Shown: in pieces, positions 6,971 through 17,025 of the stretch
Numbering within the stretch: position 1 is the first letter of the stretch
Layout of the letters: each line of letters starts with the position of its first letter
Assembly: GCA_037969075.1 (NCBI GenBank)
Contig: JBBKWS010000187.1
Location: forward strand, 1 to 17,056
Direction of reading: 5' to 3'
DNA length: 17,056 nucleotides
DNA from: Bdellovibrionales bacterium
GTDB lineage: Bacteria; Bdellovibrionota; Bdellovibrionia; Bdellovibrionales; UBA840
Translations under genes and position numbers: made by a program
Notes under the pieces: generated by a model
The model's database searches: none
Told to the model about the DNA's origin: nothing
What the model saw: only the letters and a program-made list of their open reading frames with translations

Positions 6971-7747
6971 ATGAAAATCTTAACATGTGTAAAACAAGTA
7001 CCTGACACAAACACAAAGGTCCAAATTAAAGCAGATAAAAGCGGCATTGATACCGCGGGGATCAAGTGGGTGTTAAATCCATACGATGAATTTGCAGTAG
7101 AAGAAGCAATTAAGCTTAGGGACGCTAATGCTGGGTCGCAACTTATTGTTGCCACGGTAGGACCAAAAGGCCGTGCTGTAGATGCATTAAGAACAGCTCT
7201 TGCTATGGGAGCGGATGAGGCAATTGTTGTTGATGCCCCAGAGACAGCAGATAATTATTTAACAGCAAAAGCATTGGCCGCAGTAATCGAAAAAAACGGC
7301 CCCTTTGATATGGTATTTACAGGAAAGATTGCGATAGATGATCAGCAGGGCGCGGTCACTCAGATGTTAGCTGATTTAGTAAACATGCCGCATGCAAATG
7401 TTGTATCGAAATTTACTAAAAATGATACGGTTTCTACGGTTGAGCGAGAAGTTGAGGGCGGGTCAAAAGAGATTATAGAAATTAAAGGGCCATTTATTTT
7501 GGGAGCGAATAAAGGTTTAAACACCCCTAGATATGCTTCTCTTCCTGGTATTATGAAGGCAAAGAAAAAAACAGTAAAAGAATATAGTCTTACAGACCTT
7601 GGGGTTAGTGAATCAGAAAGTAAAACAAAGCTGTCTAACTTTAGTCTTCCTGCAGACAGGGCTGCGGTAAAGATGATTTCAGGAGAAGCGGCCGCTCAAG
7701 CCGCGGCACTTACAAAGCTTCTGCGAGAAGAAGCAAAGGTAATATAG
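6971..7747 (+). CDS. etfB: Electron transfer flavoprotein beta subunit
   Basis: CVKQVPD, NPYDEFAVEEA, ALAMGADEA, GKIAIDD and PRYASLPGIMKAKKK. SD AGAGG upstream. Confidence 0.97.
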   Translation: MKILTCVKQVPDTNTKVQIKADKSGIDTAGIKWVLNPYDEFAVEEAIKLRDANAGSQLIVATVGPKGRAVDALRTALAMGADEAIVVDAPETADNYLTAKALAAVIEKNGPFDMVFTGKIAIDDQQGAVTQMLADLVNMPHANVVSKFTKNDTVSTVEREVEGGSKEIIEIKGPFILGANKGLNTPRYASLPGIMKAKKKTVKEYSLTDLGVSESESKTKLSNFSLPADRAAVKMISGEAAAQAAALTKLLREEAKVI

Positions 7748-7755
7748 GAAAAATT

Positions 7756-8718
7756 ATGGCAAACATACTAGTTACAATTGAACACGCTAATGGAAAAGTA
7801 AAAGGTCCAAGTCTTGAGTTGCTTACTGCAGCTAAAAAATCCGGGATGACGGTACACGGGATTAGTTTGGGCGCGGGCAGTAAAGCCGCCGCTGAAGAGG
7901 CGGGGAAATATGGTGCGCAAAAAGTTTTTACCTTCGAGCAAGATACATTGAATGATTACAGTGCCGAATTATATTTTACAGCTTACACAGAAATAATATC
8001 AGAGATAAAGCCAAGTATAGTACTAGGGACAGGTAGTGCAGCACAAAGGGATTTGATTCCAAAGCTTGCCGCAAAATTCTCTTCAGGAGTGATTGCTGAT
8101 GCCACCGAAATTACAATTACCGGAGACAAAGCGGTTACAAAAAAACCAATGTACTCGGGCAAATGCTTAGCAACGGCAGAGTTTGTAAGCTCGCCTATCC
8201 AATTTGTATTAATGCGACCGAACCAACTAACTGTTGATGTGATAGGAAGTGGTGCTGCAGAAGTAGTGGTAAAAACACTTACAGCTCCAGATTTGAAATC
8301 TATTGTTAAGAGTATTGTTAAGGGAGCCTCAAAGCGATTAGACCTAACGGAAGCCAGTATTGTAGTTTCCGGCGGACGTGGTTTAAAAGAGGCATCTAAC
8401 TTTAAATTGCTAGAAGATCTTGCTGATGTACTCGGAGCAAGTGTTGGAGCATCCCGTGCAGTAGTAGATGCGGGCTGGGTTCCGCATTCTATGCAGGTTG
8501 GCCAAACAGGAAAAACTGTTGCCCCAAGCTTGTATATTGCAGCGGGAATATCGGGAGCGATCCAACATTTAGCTGGGATGAGCACTTCAAAAGTAATTGT
8601 GGCAATTAACACAGATCCAGAGGCGCCAATATTTCAAAAGGCTACGTATGGAATCGTTGGTGATGCAACCCAAGTTCTTCCTCTTCTTACTGAAGAGTTT
8701 AAAAAGCTTCTTAGTTAA
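7756..8718 (+). CDS. etfA: Electron transfer flavoprotein alpha subunit
   Basis: FAD-binding motifs VVSGGRG, GASRAVVDAGW, QVGQTGKTV, GISGAIQHLAGM and AINTDPEAPIF. Follows etfB. Confidence 0.97.
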   Translation: MANILVTIEHANGKVKGPSLELLTAAKKSGMTVHGISLGAGSKAAAEEAGKYGAQKVFTFEQDTLNDYSAELYFTAYTEIISEIKPSIVLGTGSAAQRDLIPKLAAKFSSGVIADATEITITGDKAVTKKPMYSGKCLATAEFVSSPIQFVLMRPNQLTVDVIGSGAAEVVVKTLTAPDLKSIVKSIVKGASKRLDLTEASIVVSGGRGLKEASNFKLLEDLADVLGASVGASRAVVDAGWVPHSMQVGQTGKTVAPSLYIAAGISGAIQHLAGMSTSKVIVAINTDPEAPIFQKATYGIVGDATQVLPLLTEEFKKLLS

Positions 8719-8725
8719 CTAGATT

Positions 8726-9385
8726 GTGTTTAGAAAATACATTCTGCCAAGAATAGTTTATCTGTTTTACCGCTCGTTAAGTGCAACGTGGCGAGTGCGC
8801 GTTGTTGATTCTGCGGATCTGCAACTGGCTATGAAGCAAAAAAAACAATATATTTTAGCAATTTGGCATGGTGACGAGTTAGCGTTAATTTCTCAAACAA
8901 AAAAATACTCTCCTTGTACAATGACCTCCATGAGTAAAGATGGAGAGTTGATGGATTATGTTTTACAAAAGCTAGGCATGCAAACAGCCAGAGGGTCTAG
9001 CTCACGCGGTGCGATCTCTGGTTTAAAGGGCCTTCTGCGACTAGCCAAAAGTGGTAGACATCCTGTGATGGCAGTAGATGGACCTAGGGGACCATATCAC
9101 ATAATCAAGCCGGGCGTGTTTGAGGTAGCTAAGCTGCTTAAGGCAGAAATATATGTAGCAGGAGTCTTCGCTAGCAAGGCAATTGTTTTTAAAAAGGCAT
9201 GGAATAAAGCATATTTACCATATCCTTTCGCTCGCGTTGTTATAACTTGGTCGAGTGCATTTAGGCTGCCTGAAAATACAGATGTCCACTCACCACTACT
9301 ACAACAAGAATTAACCCAAAAATTTGATGCAGTCGCACAGAAGGCCAGAGAACTTTGCCTTGCAGCCGATTCTGCCCAGTGTTAA
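8726..9385 (+). CDS. DUF374 / lysophospholipid acyltransferase family protein (LpxJ-like family), GTG start
   Basis: Motifs IWHGD, SMSKDGE, RGSSSRGA, VDGPRGP, KPG and W..AYLPYPFAR, typical of DUF374 proteins. Confidence 0.85.
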   Translation: MFRKYILPRIVYLFYRSLSATWRVRVVDSADLQLAMKQKKQYILAIWHGDELALISQTKKYSPCTMTSMSKDGELMDYVLQKLGMQTARGSSSRGAISGLKGLLRLAKSGRHPVMAVDGPRGPYHIIKPGVFEVAKLLKAEIYVAGVFASKAIVFKKAWNKAYLPYPFARVVITWSSAFRLPENTDVHSPLLQQELTQKFDAVAQKARELCLAADSAQC

Positions 9386-9388
9386 CAT
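9360..9388 (+). promoter_or_regulatory. Internal sigma70 promoter for the foldase cluster, overlapping the DUF374 gene end
   Basis: TTGCAG (9360-9365), 17-nt spacer, TAACAT (9383-9388), with extended -10 TG at 9380-9381. Confidence 0.55.
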
Positions 9389-9444
9389 TTTTATAGTGGT
9401 TTCAATACGATAGAACCACCGTCTCGTATGGGGGATTACGGCCA

Positions 9445-10263
9445 ATGATGAACACGCAGCTAATGATTTTCAGCTTAATACTATGTTTTATATATGGCAC
9501 TACTACTTATGCGCAAAATGTCGCGACAGTGGGTAGAACAAATATTTCAGCAAAAGAGTTCGAACAAAAGTATAAAGAGGTACAGCAAAAAAGCGTAGTA
9601 AATGTACCGTCAAAAGAAGTGTTTTTAGAGGACCTGATTCGCTATGAGATAGGCCTTCAAGAGGCAAAAGCGCAAAATATGGAAAAAGACCCGCAAGTGC
9701 AAGAGAGATATAATCAGCTTTTGTATCAAGCGCTTATTGAAAAGCAAATTGGAAAAAGGGTAGCGCAAATTAAAGTTAGTGAAGATGATATGCGCAACTA
9801 CTACAAATCAAACCCAGAGCTTAGAACGTCACATATTTTAACCGAGATGCCGCCAAACGCCACTTCGGATCAAAGGGCGCAGGCTAAGAAGCGTGCCACT
9901 GAAATATATGAGGACGTAAAAAAGAGTAAGAAGTCATTTGAAGAGCTAGTGGCTCTTTATACGGATGATGCAACCACAAAAAGAAGTGGTGGCGACATCG
10001 GCTGGCAGTCTAGACTAACTATTACGCCTGAGTATTATGAGGCTTCTTATAAGCTAAAGGTTGGACAAGTTTATGGTTTAGTGGAAACACTTTTTGGCTT
10101 TCACATTGTAAAACTGACGGGACGCAATCCATACGAGAAAGCTAACAAGAGACACTTAAGACAGGTAGTTTTTGATGTAAAAAGAAAACAAATCTTTGAT
10201 AGCTACTTTGGTACTCTAAAAAAGAAGTACCCAGTTAAAATTTCCAAAGAAAACATAAAGTAA
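9445..10263 (+). CDS. Exported parvulin (PpiC)-type peptidyl-prolyl isomerase, PrsA-like foldase
   Basis: Signal peptide ending TYA/Q. Rotamase motifs SHIL, FEELVALYTDD, SGGDIGW and ETLFGFHIVKL. SD GGGGGA at 9430-9435. Start could also be ATG 9448. Confidence 0.9.
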   Translation: MMNTQLMIFSLILCFIYGTTTYAQNVATVGRTNISAKEFEQKYKEVQQKSVVNVPSKEVFLEDLIRYEIGLQEAKAQNMEKDPQVQERYNQLLYQALIEKQIGKRVAQIKVSEDDMRNYYKSNPELRTSHILTEMPPNATSDQRAQAKKRATEIYEDVKKSKKSFEELVALYTDDATTKRSGGDIGWQSRLTITPEYYEASYKLKVGQVYGLVETLFGFHIVKLTGRNPYEKANKRHLRQVVFDVKRKQIFDSYFGTLKKKYPVKISKENIK

Positions 10264-10287
10264 TATCTTTCCTATAGATAATTTTGT

Positions 10288-10321
10288 AAAATAGCCCTAT
10301 GAAAAAAGGGCTATTTTTTTT
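10288..10321 (+). terminator. Terminator-like hairpin enclosing the start codon of the next CDS
   Basis: AAAATAGCCCT-(ATGAAAAA)-AGGGCTATTTT is a perfect 11-bp inverted repeat, with 8 T at 10314-10321. Confidence 0.55.
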
Positions 10322-11240
10322 ACTATTAATACTAGCGTCTTGTACGGCATCTAAAGTTAAAAAACAAATTATTCTAGAGGTAAATCAGCACGAATTGACG
10401 GTTCAAGAATTCGCTCAGCGCTTAACCGAAAAGTTGCAGGGGTCAGATATCATTATAGCAAAATCAACAGAAACTATAGCAAATATGAAGGATGTGATTG
10501 TACTAGATTACATCAACTATGTTTTGCTAAAAGAGTGGGCCGATGCAAATAATTTAACGATATCCCCTGCTGAACTTGAAAAAGAAATTCAAGTATATCG
10601 GTCGCAATATCCCGATGATATTAGCTTCAGAGCATCGCTTGCTGAAGATAATATTATGATCGAAAGATGGAAAGAGAATTTAAGAAAAAGTATTCTTGAG
10701 CGCAAGGTAAATCAAGATGTAACTAAAAATGTTGTAGAGCCAACAGATAAAGAAATTGCTGAGTACTATCAGCAAAACAAAGGCCGTTTTAGTCAGAACA
10801 AGGCATATCACGTCAGGCAGATTGTTTTGGCGAAAAGTATGGATGCCGAAAAGCTCTATGCGCAAATTAAAAAAGATACGGACTTTGCGGCCCTAGCAAA
10901 AGAATACTCAATTGGTCCCGAAGGCATAGAGGGTGGCGATTTAGGCTGGGTAGAAGAGGGCGTAGCGGATGTGTTTGATGAGGCGGCAAAGCAAGGTATT
11001 AAAACAATTACAAAACCCCTAAAAAGTCCATTTGGATACCACATTGTACAGGTACTTGAGAGGCGCCCATTGCGTCAAAAAAGCCTGCAGGAAGCTAGGG
11101 AGCAAATTCAGCAAGAACTATTTGAAGACAAGAAGCAGAAGGCATATATTTCTTGGCTAGAAGGCAGGCGCGGGCACGCGACGGTTAAGATTCATGAAGA
11201 GCTATTAAAAACTATGACAGTAGAGTTGAATGATGAATAA
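10299..11240 (+). CDS. Lipoprotein SurA/PrsA-like foldase with parvulin domain
   Basis: Lipobox LAS-C. SurA N-terminal-like helical region. Rotamase motifs FAALAKEYS, GGDLGWV and KSPFGYHIV. Confidence 0.9.
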   Translation: MKKGLFFLLLILASCTASKVKKQIILEVNQHELTVQEFAQRLTEKLQGSDIIIAKSTETIANMKDVIVLDYINYVLLKEWADANNLTISPAELEKEIQVYRSQYPDDISFRASLAEDNIMIERWKENLRKSILERKVNQDVTKNVVEPTDKEIAEYYQQNKGRFSQNKAYHVRQIVLAKSMDAEKLYAQIKKDTDFAALAKEYSIGPEGIEGGDLGWVEEGVADVFDEAAKQGIKTITKPLKSPFGYHIVQVLERRPLRQKSLQEAREQIQQELFEDKKQKAYISWLEGRRGHATVKIHEELLKTMTVELNDE

Positions 11241-12165
11241 AGTAATTTTAGTAATATTGGTGTTGGTGAGTACGTTAGTGGCAAAAGCCGAGGTGGTTGA
11301 TAAGGTATTGGCAATAGTAAGTGAAGAACCAATTCTACAGTCTGATATGATAAAACTACGCCAGCGTTTAAAGGCAGATAAAATTCAAGACGAATTATTC
11401 ACCATAAACAAGGGCGAGTTACTTAAAAATGATAAAAAAGCACTAGAGTTCTTGGTTGAAGAAAAAATACTAAAATCTGAAATTAAAAGACAAAACCTTG
11501 AAGTAACTAAAGAAGCTGTTGATGAAGAAATTAATAAGATACAAAGAAGAAATAAAATTAGCAGGTCTCAACTACGAGAAGCGTTGAAAGCGCAAGGTAC
11601 AAATTTTGCGGACTATTTAGATTATGTAAAAGATAGAATGGAAAGACAGGCCGTTATTCAGCAATCCATTACATCAAAGATTCGTATTTCTGACGAAGAT
11701 ATTAACTCATACTATTTAGAAAAATTTGGTAAAACTAAAAAGAATTCTTTTCAGTACACACTGTCGCACATCCTATTTCGAAAAGGAGAGGCGCAAAAAA
11801 ATGCAACAGAGATATACCAAAAAATCAAAAACGGTCAAAACTTTGAAGAATTAGCGGGTCAAAGCAGTGAGGACCCTAATTTTTCTGCAGGCGGAGCGCT
11901 TGGTAAATTTAAAAGTGGCGAAGTAATGAAAGAGATTGAAGTGGCGGTTTCTAGCCTAGAGGCAGGGGATATCACGCCGCCAGTTAAAACATCTATGGGA
12001 GTTCACATTATAAAGGTGAATGAAAAAAAATTAATTCCTAGTGCGGACTATGAAGCGAAGAAAAATCAAATTCAGGGTGAGTTAACAAATAAAGCTCTCA
12101 AAGAACAATTTAGATTTTGGATTGAACAAAAGAAAAAAGAAACGTTTATTAAAATAAACTCATGA
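11230..12165 (+). CDS. surA: SurA-like periplasmic chaperone/PPIase (single parvulin domain)
   Basis: Signal peptide followed by VVDKVLAIVSEEPILQSD (SurA N-terminal motif). One parvulin domain (LSHIL, SEDP, GGALG, GVHIIK). Directly upstream of pdxA, as in the canonical surA-pdxA order. Confidence 0.85.
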   Translation: MMNKVILVILVLVSTLVAKAEVVDKVLAIVSEEPILQSDMIKLRQRLKADKIQDELFTINKGELLKNDKKALEFLVEEKILKSEIKRQNLEVTKEAVDEEINKIQRRNKISRSQLREALKAQGTNFADYLDYVKDRMERQAVIQQSITSKIRISDEDINSYYLEKFGKTKKNSFQYTLSHILFRKGEAQKNATEIYQKIKNGQNFEELAGQSSEDPNFSAGGALGKFKSGEVMKEIEVAVSSLEAGDITPPVKTSMGVHIIKVNEKKLIPSADYEAKKNQIQGELTNKALKEQFRFWIEQKKKETFIKINS

Positions 12166-13127
12166 AGAATCCTATCCGTATAGCTATCACCAGTGGAGAT
12201 ATTGATGGCATTGGCACAGAAGTAATTGCCAAAGCGCTGCATAAGCTTAGGCCTCAAAAAAATATTCAGTTTATTTTATGGAGATCGCCAGACTGCCCGT
12301 CATCACACTTGCGGATTATTGATAAATCTTTTAGGCGGCACAGCTTTACTTCGTGGCCAGAAGCAATGAGCTATATGCCAGAACACAGCAAGGACTTGAT
12401 TGAAATTATAAGTAATTTAAGTCCGGCTGTCTGGGTTGAGCAGTCTGCACAAGCGGCAAGGTTTGGGCACATTGATGCGATCGCCACAGCGCCATTATCT
12501 AAAATAACCATACAAAAAGCAGGCCTTAAGGATATTGGTCACACAGATATTCTGCGAAGAGTGTCAGGAGTCGGCAATGTCTATATGGGTTTTATAGGCG
12601 CCCACTTTAGTGTAGTGCTAGCGACAGGACACTTGCCCGTACAGAAAATTGCGAAGGCATGGAATGCAGAAAATTTAAGTGGTGCAGTTGTTGCGGCCAA
12701 AGAATTAAGAGCTCTGTTTAAGAAGCGAGAGCAAAATAAACCTATTGGTATACTAGGGCTTAATCCTCATGCTGGCGAGAGTGGTCTTTTAGGCAATGAT
12801 ATAGAAATTGTAAAAGAAGTTATAAAGAAAAATAAAGATATGCATCTTAGCGGTCCACTGGTTCCAGATGTAGCATTTCAACCAGACGAAAGAGGAAAGC
12901 ACGCAATATATATAAGTGCTTACCATGATCAAGGGCTTATACCATTTAAAATGTTACACGGAAGAGAAAGCGGAGTGCACATTAGTTTAGGTCTACCATT
13001 TGTTAGAACTAGCGTTGACCATGGTACGGCCAAGGATATTTTTGGAAAGAATAAGGCGGATTATAGATCCATGCTTGAAGCGCTAGAGTGGGCAATTAAC
13101 CTTGCCAAAAAAAGGAGGCAATCATGA
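12162..13127 (+). CDS. pdxA: 4-hydroxythreonine-4-phosphate dehydrogenase
   Basis: ITSGD.DGIG.E, TAPLSK, GHT, LNPHAGE, YHDQGLIPFK and GLPFVRTSVDHGTA. Confidence 0.95.
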   Translation: MKNPIRIAITSGDIDGIGTEVIAKALHKLRPQKNIQFILWRSPDCPSSHLRIIDKSFRRHSFTSWPEAMSYMPEHSKDLIEIISNLSPAVWVEQSAQAARFGHIDAIATAPLSKITIQKAGLKDIGHTDILRRVSGVGNVYMGFIGAHFSVVLATGHLPVQKIAKAWNAENLSGAVVAAKELRALFKKREQNKPIGILGLNPHAGESGLLGNDIEIVKEVIKKNKDMHLSGPLVPDVAFQPDERGKHAIYISAYHDQGLIPFKMLHGRESGVHISLGLPFVRTSVDHGTAKDIFGKNKADYRSMLEALEWAINLAKKRRQS

Positions 13128-14488
13128 TGAACCCTGTAATTTTTAGAGAATATGACATACGTGGTGTTTTTGAAAAAGACTTCGATCTTTCTTTTGTAGA
13201 AGGCCTGGGAAAGTCGTTTTATACATACATAAAAAAACAAACCAATATTGATAGGCCAGTAATTACCATAGGTATGGATGCAAGATTATCAAGTCCAGCG
13301 ATTGTAAAAGCATTAACTAAGGGTTTTACAGATTCCGGGGGCGATGTTATTTTATTGGGCTTAATTACAACTCCAATCTCGTATTTTTCTACGTTTACAA
13401 TGTCAAATGTAAACGGTTCAATTATGGTAACAGGCAGTCACAATCCGCCAGATTACAATGGGTTTAAAATATCAGTAGGAAAGAGAACAATTAACGGTTC
13501 AGAAATTCAAGAGTTAAAAAACATATTGCTACAAGAAATGTTTTCAAGCGGACAGGGGAAGATTTCGAATCATGATATTTTTCCGGATTATATTGAACGT
13601 TATAAAGAAGAGTTCGGCGATCTGTCTGGAGTACCGGTGGTCGTCGACTGCGGAAACGGTGCTGCTGGATCGGTGGTTAGAAGATTGTATGAAGCGCTAA
13701 AGGTAGACGTTCAAATCATTTTTGAAGAGCCAGATGGTAGGTTCCCGAATCATCACCCAGATCCAACGGTCGAAGAAAATAATGACGAATTAAAAAAACA
13801 GGTATTAAAAAATAAAGCAGCACTTGGGATTGGCTTTGATGGAGATGCAGATAGAATTGGCATGATAACAAACACTGCCAGATTTTTATTGGGCGATGAA
13901 ATCATGACCGTCTTTGCTAAAGATATTCTTAAAAAGCAGCCGGGTGCAAAAATTATTGGTGATGTAAAGTGTTCAGATAGGATGTATCAGGTCATCACAA
14001 AAGCGGGCGGCAATGCCATTATGTGGAAGACGGGGCACTCATTAATTAAAGAAAAAGTTAAGTCAGAGAAGGCACCATTTGGTGGCGAGCTAAGTTGCCA
14101 CATATTTTTCGCTGATCGCAACTATGGATATGATGATTCTTTATATGCCGGTCTAAGAATGATAGAGATTTTAAAGCAAAACAAAACAACGATAGAAGCT
14201 CTATTAGAAGATTATCCAGAGGCGTATTCGACTCCAGAAATTAGAATTGATACCACGGAAGAGAAAAAACAAATTATCGTAGCAAAAATGCGCGAGTACT
14301 ACCTTGCTAAAAAAGATGTTGCGGTAACAGAAATTGATGGAGTGAGGGCGTCGTTCAAAAATGGTTGGGCGCTAGTAAGGTCATCAAACACGCAACCAGT
14401 AGTCTCAATGAGATTTGAAGCAAATACGAAAGAGATGTTAGATCAGATCCAAAGTGATGCAATGAAAATTGTGAACGCGTATCTATGA
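13124..14488 (+). CDS. Phosphomannomutase/phosphoglucomutase (AlgC-like alpha-D-phosphohexomutase)
   Basis: IFREYDIRG, catalytic TGSHNP, metal loop FDGDADR, sugar loop GELSCH and phosphate site RSSNTQP. SD AGGAGG. Confidence 0.95.
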   Translation: MMNPVIFREYDIRGVFEKDFDLSFVEGLGKSFYTYIKKQTNIDRPVITIGMDARLSSPAIVKALTKGFTDSGGDVILLGLITTPISYFSTFTMSNVNGSIMVTGSHNPPDYNGFKISVGKRTINGSEIQELKNILLQEMFSSGQGKISNHDIFPDYIERYKEEFGDLSGVPVVVDCGNGAAGSVVRRLYEALKVDVQIIFEEPDGRFPNHHPDPTVEENNDELKKQVLKNKAALGIGFDGDADRIGMITNTARFLLGDEIMTVFAKDILKKQPGAKIIGDVKCSDRMYQVITKAGGNAIMWKTGHSLIKEKVKSEKAPFGGELSCHIFFADRNYGYDDSLYAGLRMIEILKQNKTTIEALLEDYPEAYSTPEIRIDTTEEKKQIIVAKMREYYLAKKDVAVTEIDGVRASFKNGWALVRSSNTQPVVSMRFEANTKEMLDQIQSDAMKIVNAYL

Positions 14489-17025
14489 AAAGGTATGAAG
14501 GTATTCGCGTCAGGGGTGCTAGAGAGCACAATTTAAAAAACATCTCTCTAGACATACCTCGCAATAAGATTACCGTTATTACCGGCTTGTCTGGTAGTGG
14601 GAAGTCGTCACTGGCTTTTGATACGATTTACGCCGAAGGACAGCGTCGGTATTTAGAGGGCTTGTCAGCTTACGCCAGAAATTTTTTAGAGCAATTAAAA
14701 AAACCAGATGTAGATTCAATCATCGGCCTATCTCCGGCTATATCGATTGAACAGAAAACGGGTTCAACAAACCCAAGATCAACAGTTGGTACGGTCACAG
14801 AGGCATATGATTTTTTACGTCTATTGTTTGCTAAAATTGGTAAGCCGTTCTGCCCTAAGTGTAAAATAGTTGTAGAAACACAAACCCATGAACAAATTAT
14901 TGACGAAGTTTTTTCTTATAAAAAAGGCTCAAAGCTTTTGTTGCTAGCTCCTGTCGCCGTTTATAAAAAAGGTGAGTTTAGAAAAGAAATTGAGCAGTGG
15001 CAAAAACTAGGCTTTATCCGGGCGGTTATTGACGGTACTGAATATGAATTAACAAACGCGCCGAAGTTAAAGAAGACAGTGGCTCACAATATTGAACTCA
15101 TTATTGATAGAATAATTATTAAAGATGATGTTCGCTCAAGAATCTCTCAAAGTATTTCTAAGGGTCTGGATTTGGCTAAGGGTCAGATCATCGTTGAGGA
15201 TTTTACCACTAAAGAAAGAAAATCGTTTTCGCAAAAAGCATCGTGTCCAACTTGTAGTTTAAGTTTTCCTGAGATAGAGCCTCAGCTCTTTAGTTTCAAC
15301 AGCCCTAAGGGAGCCTGCCAAACCTGTAATGGTATTGGGACTATGGATTACATAGTGGCAGATGAAGATGCGGATGTTTTAAATGAAGAAGTAGAATATT
15401 ATGATGAACAACCCTGCCATACTTGCCACGGGGCTAGGTTAAAAAAAGAAGCCCTTCATATTTATATAGAAAATAAAAATATTTCACATTACTCGGATTT
15501 ATCTATCAGCGATTTAATATTAGCTCTTGATACCATCACACTATCCCCAAGAGAAAAACTAATTGCCGAAAAAATAATTAAGCATCTACAGCTAAGACTT
15601 ACTTATATGGACCGCGTTGGGGTTTCTTATATTACTCTTAGTAGACCGTCAAAAACCCTGTCGGGCGGTGAAGCGCAAAGAATCCGACTGGCAAGTCAAT
15701 TGGGTTCAGGGTTGATGGGTGTTTTATATGTATTAGATGAACCAAGCATCGGTCTGCACCCCAAGGACCACAAAAAACTATTGGAAATATTAGAAGAATT
15801 AAGAAGCAAGGGTAACACAATTTTAGTTGTAGAACACGATGAAGAAACTATTTTGTCGTCTGACCTAGTTTTTGATATAGGCCCAGGGGCAGGTATTAAC
15901 GGAGGAAATATACAGGCCTTCGGAACCCCGAAAGAATTAATGCAAAATAAAAATAGCCTCACGGGTGATTATTTAGCGGGTCGTAAAAAAGTGTTTAGAC
16001 CAAGTCAAAAACGAGATCTAACAAAAAAAGACAACCTTGAAGTTATAGGGGCTAGTGGAAACAATTTGAAAAATGTGAACGTAAAGCTTCCGCTAAATAG
16101 TTTTATTGCTGTTACCGGGGTGTCCGGGAGTGGCAAGAGTACTCTGGTTATAGATACCATTTATAAGTTCGTTCATAATAAAATAAGTAAAAGTGAGTAC
16201 AGTGTGGCATCCGTTAAAAATATTAAGGGTGCGGATAAAATTACAAGTGTTGTTAATATAAATCAAAAGCCCATCGGTAGAACACCAAGATCTAACCCGG
16301 CTACATACACGGGTTTAATGACCTTAGTTAGAACATTGTATGCTGAAATTCCAGAGGCAAAGATCAGGGGTTTTAAGCCGGGATATTTTTCTTTTAACGT
16401 AAAGGGTGGTCGCTGCGAACACTGCAGAGGCGGCGGAGCAGTGCGAGTTGAAATGAATTTTCTCGCGGATGTGTATGTAGAGTGCGATTTTTGCCAAGGC
16501 CTTAGGTACAACCCCGAATGTTTAGGAATTAGATATAAAGGAAAAAATATAGCAGACGTATTAAATATGTCGGTTGAAGAAGCTTTAGATTTTTTTACGC
16601 ATCATAAAATCATTTATAATAAATTAAAGACCTTAGATAGAGTAGGGCTTAACTATATAAAGCTTGGGCAAAGCTCGACAACTTTATCTGGCGGAGAAGC
16701 GCAGCGAATAAAATTAAGTCGTGAGTTGTCTAGGCGTCCCGCGGGACACATTTTATATATATTGGATGAGCCAACGACAGGCTTACATTTTGCCGACATT
16801 AGTAAGCTGTTAGAGCTTCTGCACGAGCTTGTGGACAATAATAATACGGTGCTAGTGATTGAACACAATTTGGATGTGATCCACTCGGCGGATTATGTCA
16901 TTGAATTGGGGCCAGAGGGCGGGCCAAAGGGCGGAGAGATTATAAATGCATCAGACCACAAGTCATTTTTAAAAAACAAAAAATCCCCTACAGCTAACTA
17001 TAAAATTCCGGAGGCAAGATTATGA
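14485..17025 (+). CDS. uvrA: Excinuclease ABC subunit A (846 aa; insertion domain largely absent)
   Basis: GAREHNLKN. Two Walker A motifs ([16 protein letters not shown]) and two LSGGEAQR signatures. LDEPS/LDEPT. Six CxxC pairs. UvrB-binding segment present. Confidence 0.97.
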   Translation: MKRYEGIRVRGAREHNLKNISLDIPRNKITVITGLSGSGKSSLAFDTIYAEGQRRYLEGLSAYARNFLEQLKKPDVDSIIGLSPAISIEQKTGSTNPRSTVGTVTEAYDFLRLLFAKIGKPFCPKCKIVVETQTHEQIIDEVFSYKKGSKLLLLAPVAVYKKGEFRKEIEQWQKLGFIRAVIDGTEYELTNAPKLKKTVAHNIELIIDRIIIKDDVRSRISQSISKGLDLAKGQIIVEDFTTKERKSFSQKASCPTCSLSFPEIEPQLFSFNSPKGACQTCNGIGTMDYIVADEDADVLNEEVEYYDEQPCHTCHGARLKKEALHIYIENKNISHYSDLSISDLILALDTITLSPREKLIAEKIIKHLQLRLTYMDRVGVSYITLSRPSKTLSGGEAQRIRLASQLGSGLMGVLYVLDEPSIGLHPKDHKKLLEILEELRSKGNTILVVEHDEETILSSDLVFDIGPGAGINGGNIQAFGTPKELMQNKNSLTGDYLAGRKKVFRPSQKRDLTKKDNLEVIGASGNNLKNVNVKLPLNSFIAVTGVSGSGKSTLVIDTIYKFVHNKISKSEYSVASVKNIKGADKITSVVNINQKPIGRTPRSNPATYTGLMTLVRTLYAEIPEAKIRGFKPGYFSFNVKGGRCEHCRGGGAVRVEMNFLADVYVECDFCQGLRYNPECLGIRYKGKNIADVLNMSVEEALDFFTHHKIIYNKLKTLDRVGLNYIKLGQSSTTLSGGEAQRIKLSRELSRRPAGHILYILDEPTTGLHFADISKLLELLHELVDNNNTVLVIEHNLDVIHSADYVIELGPEGGPKGGEIINASDHKSFLKNKKSPTANYKIPEARL

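Noticed and set aside
6952..8612. Minus-strand ORFs 6952-7155 and 7983-8612
   Set aside because: Antisense shadows of etfB and etfA.
9365..9372. GCCGATTC as a sigma28 -10
   Set aside because: No matching -35 at the right spacing; it lies at the -35/spacer of a better sigma70 candidate.
10680..16868. Short minus-strand ORFs within the foldase, pdxA, PMM/PGM and uvrA genes
   Set aside because: All are opposite well-supported genes and have no independent evidence.
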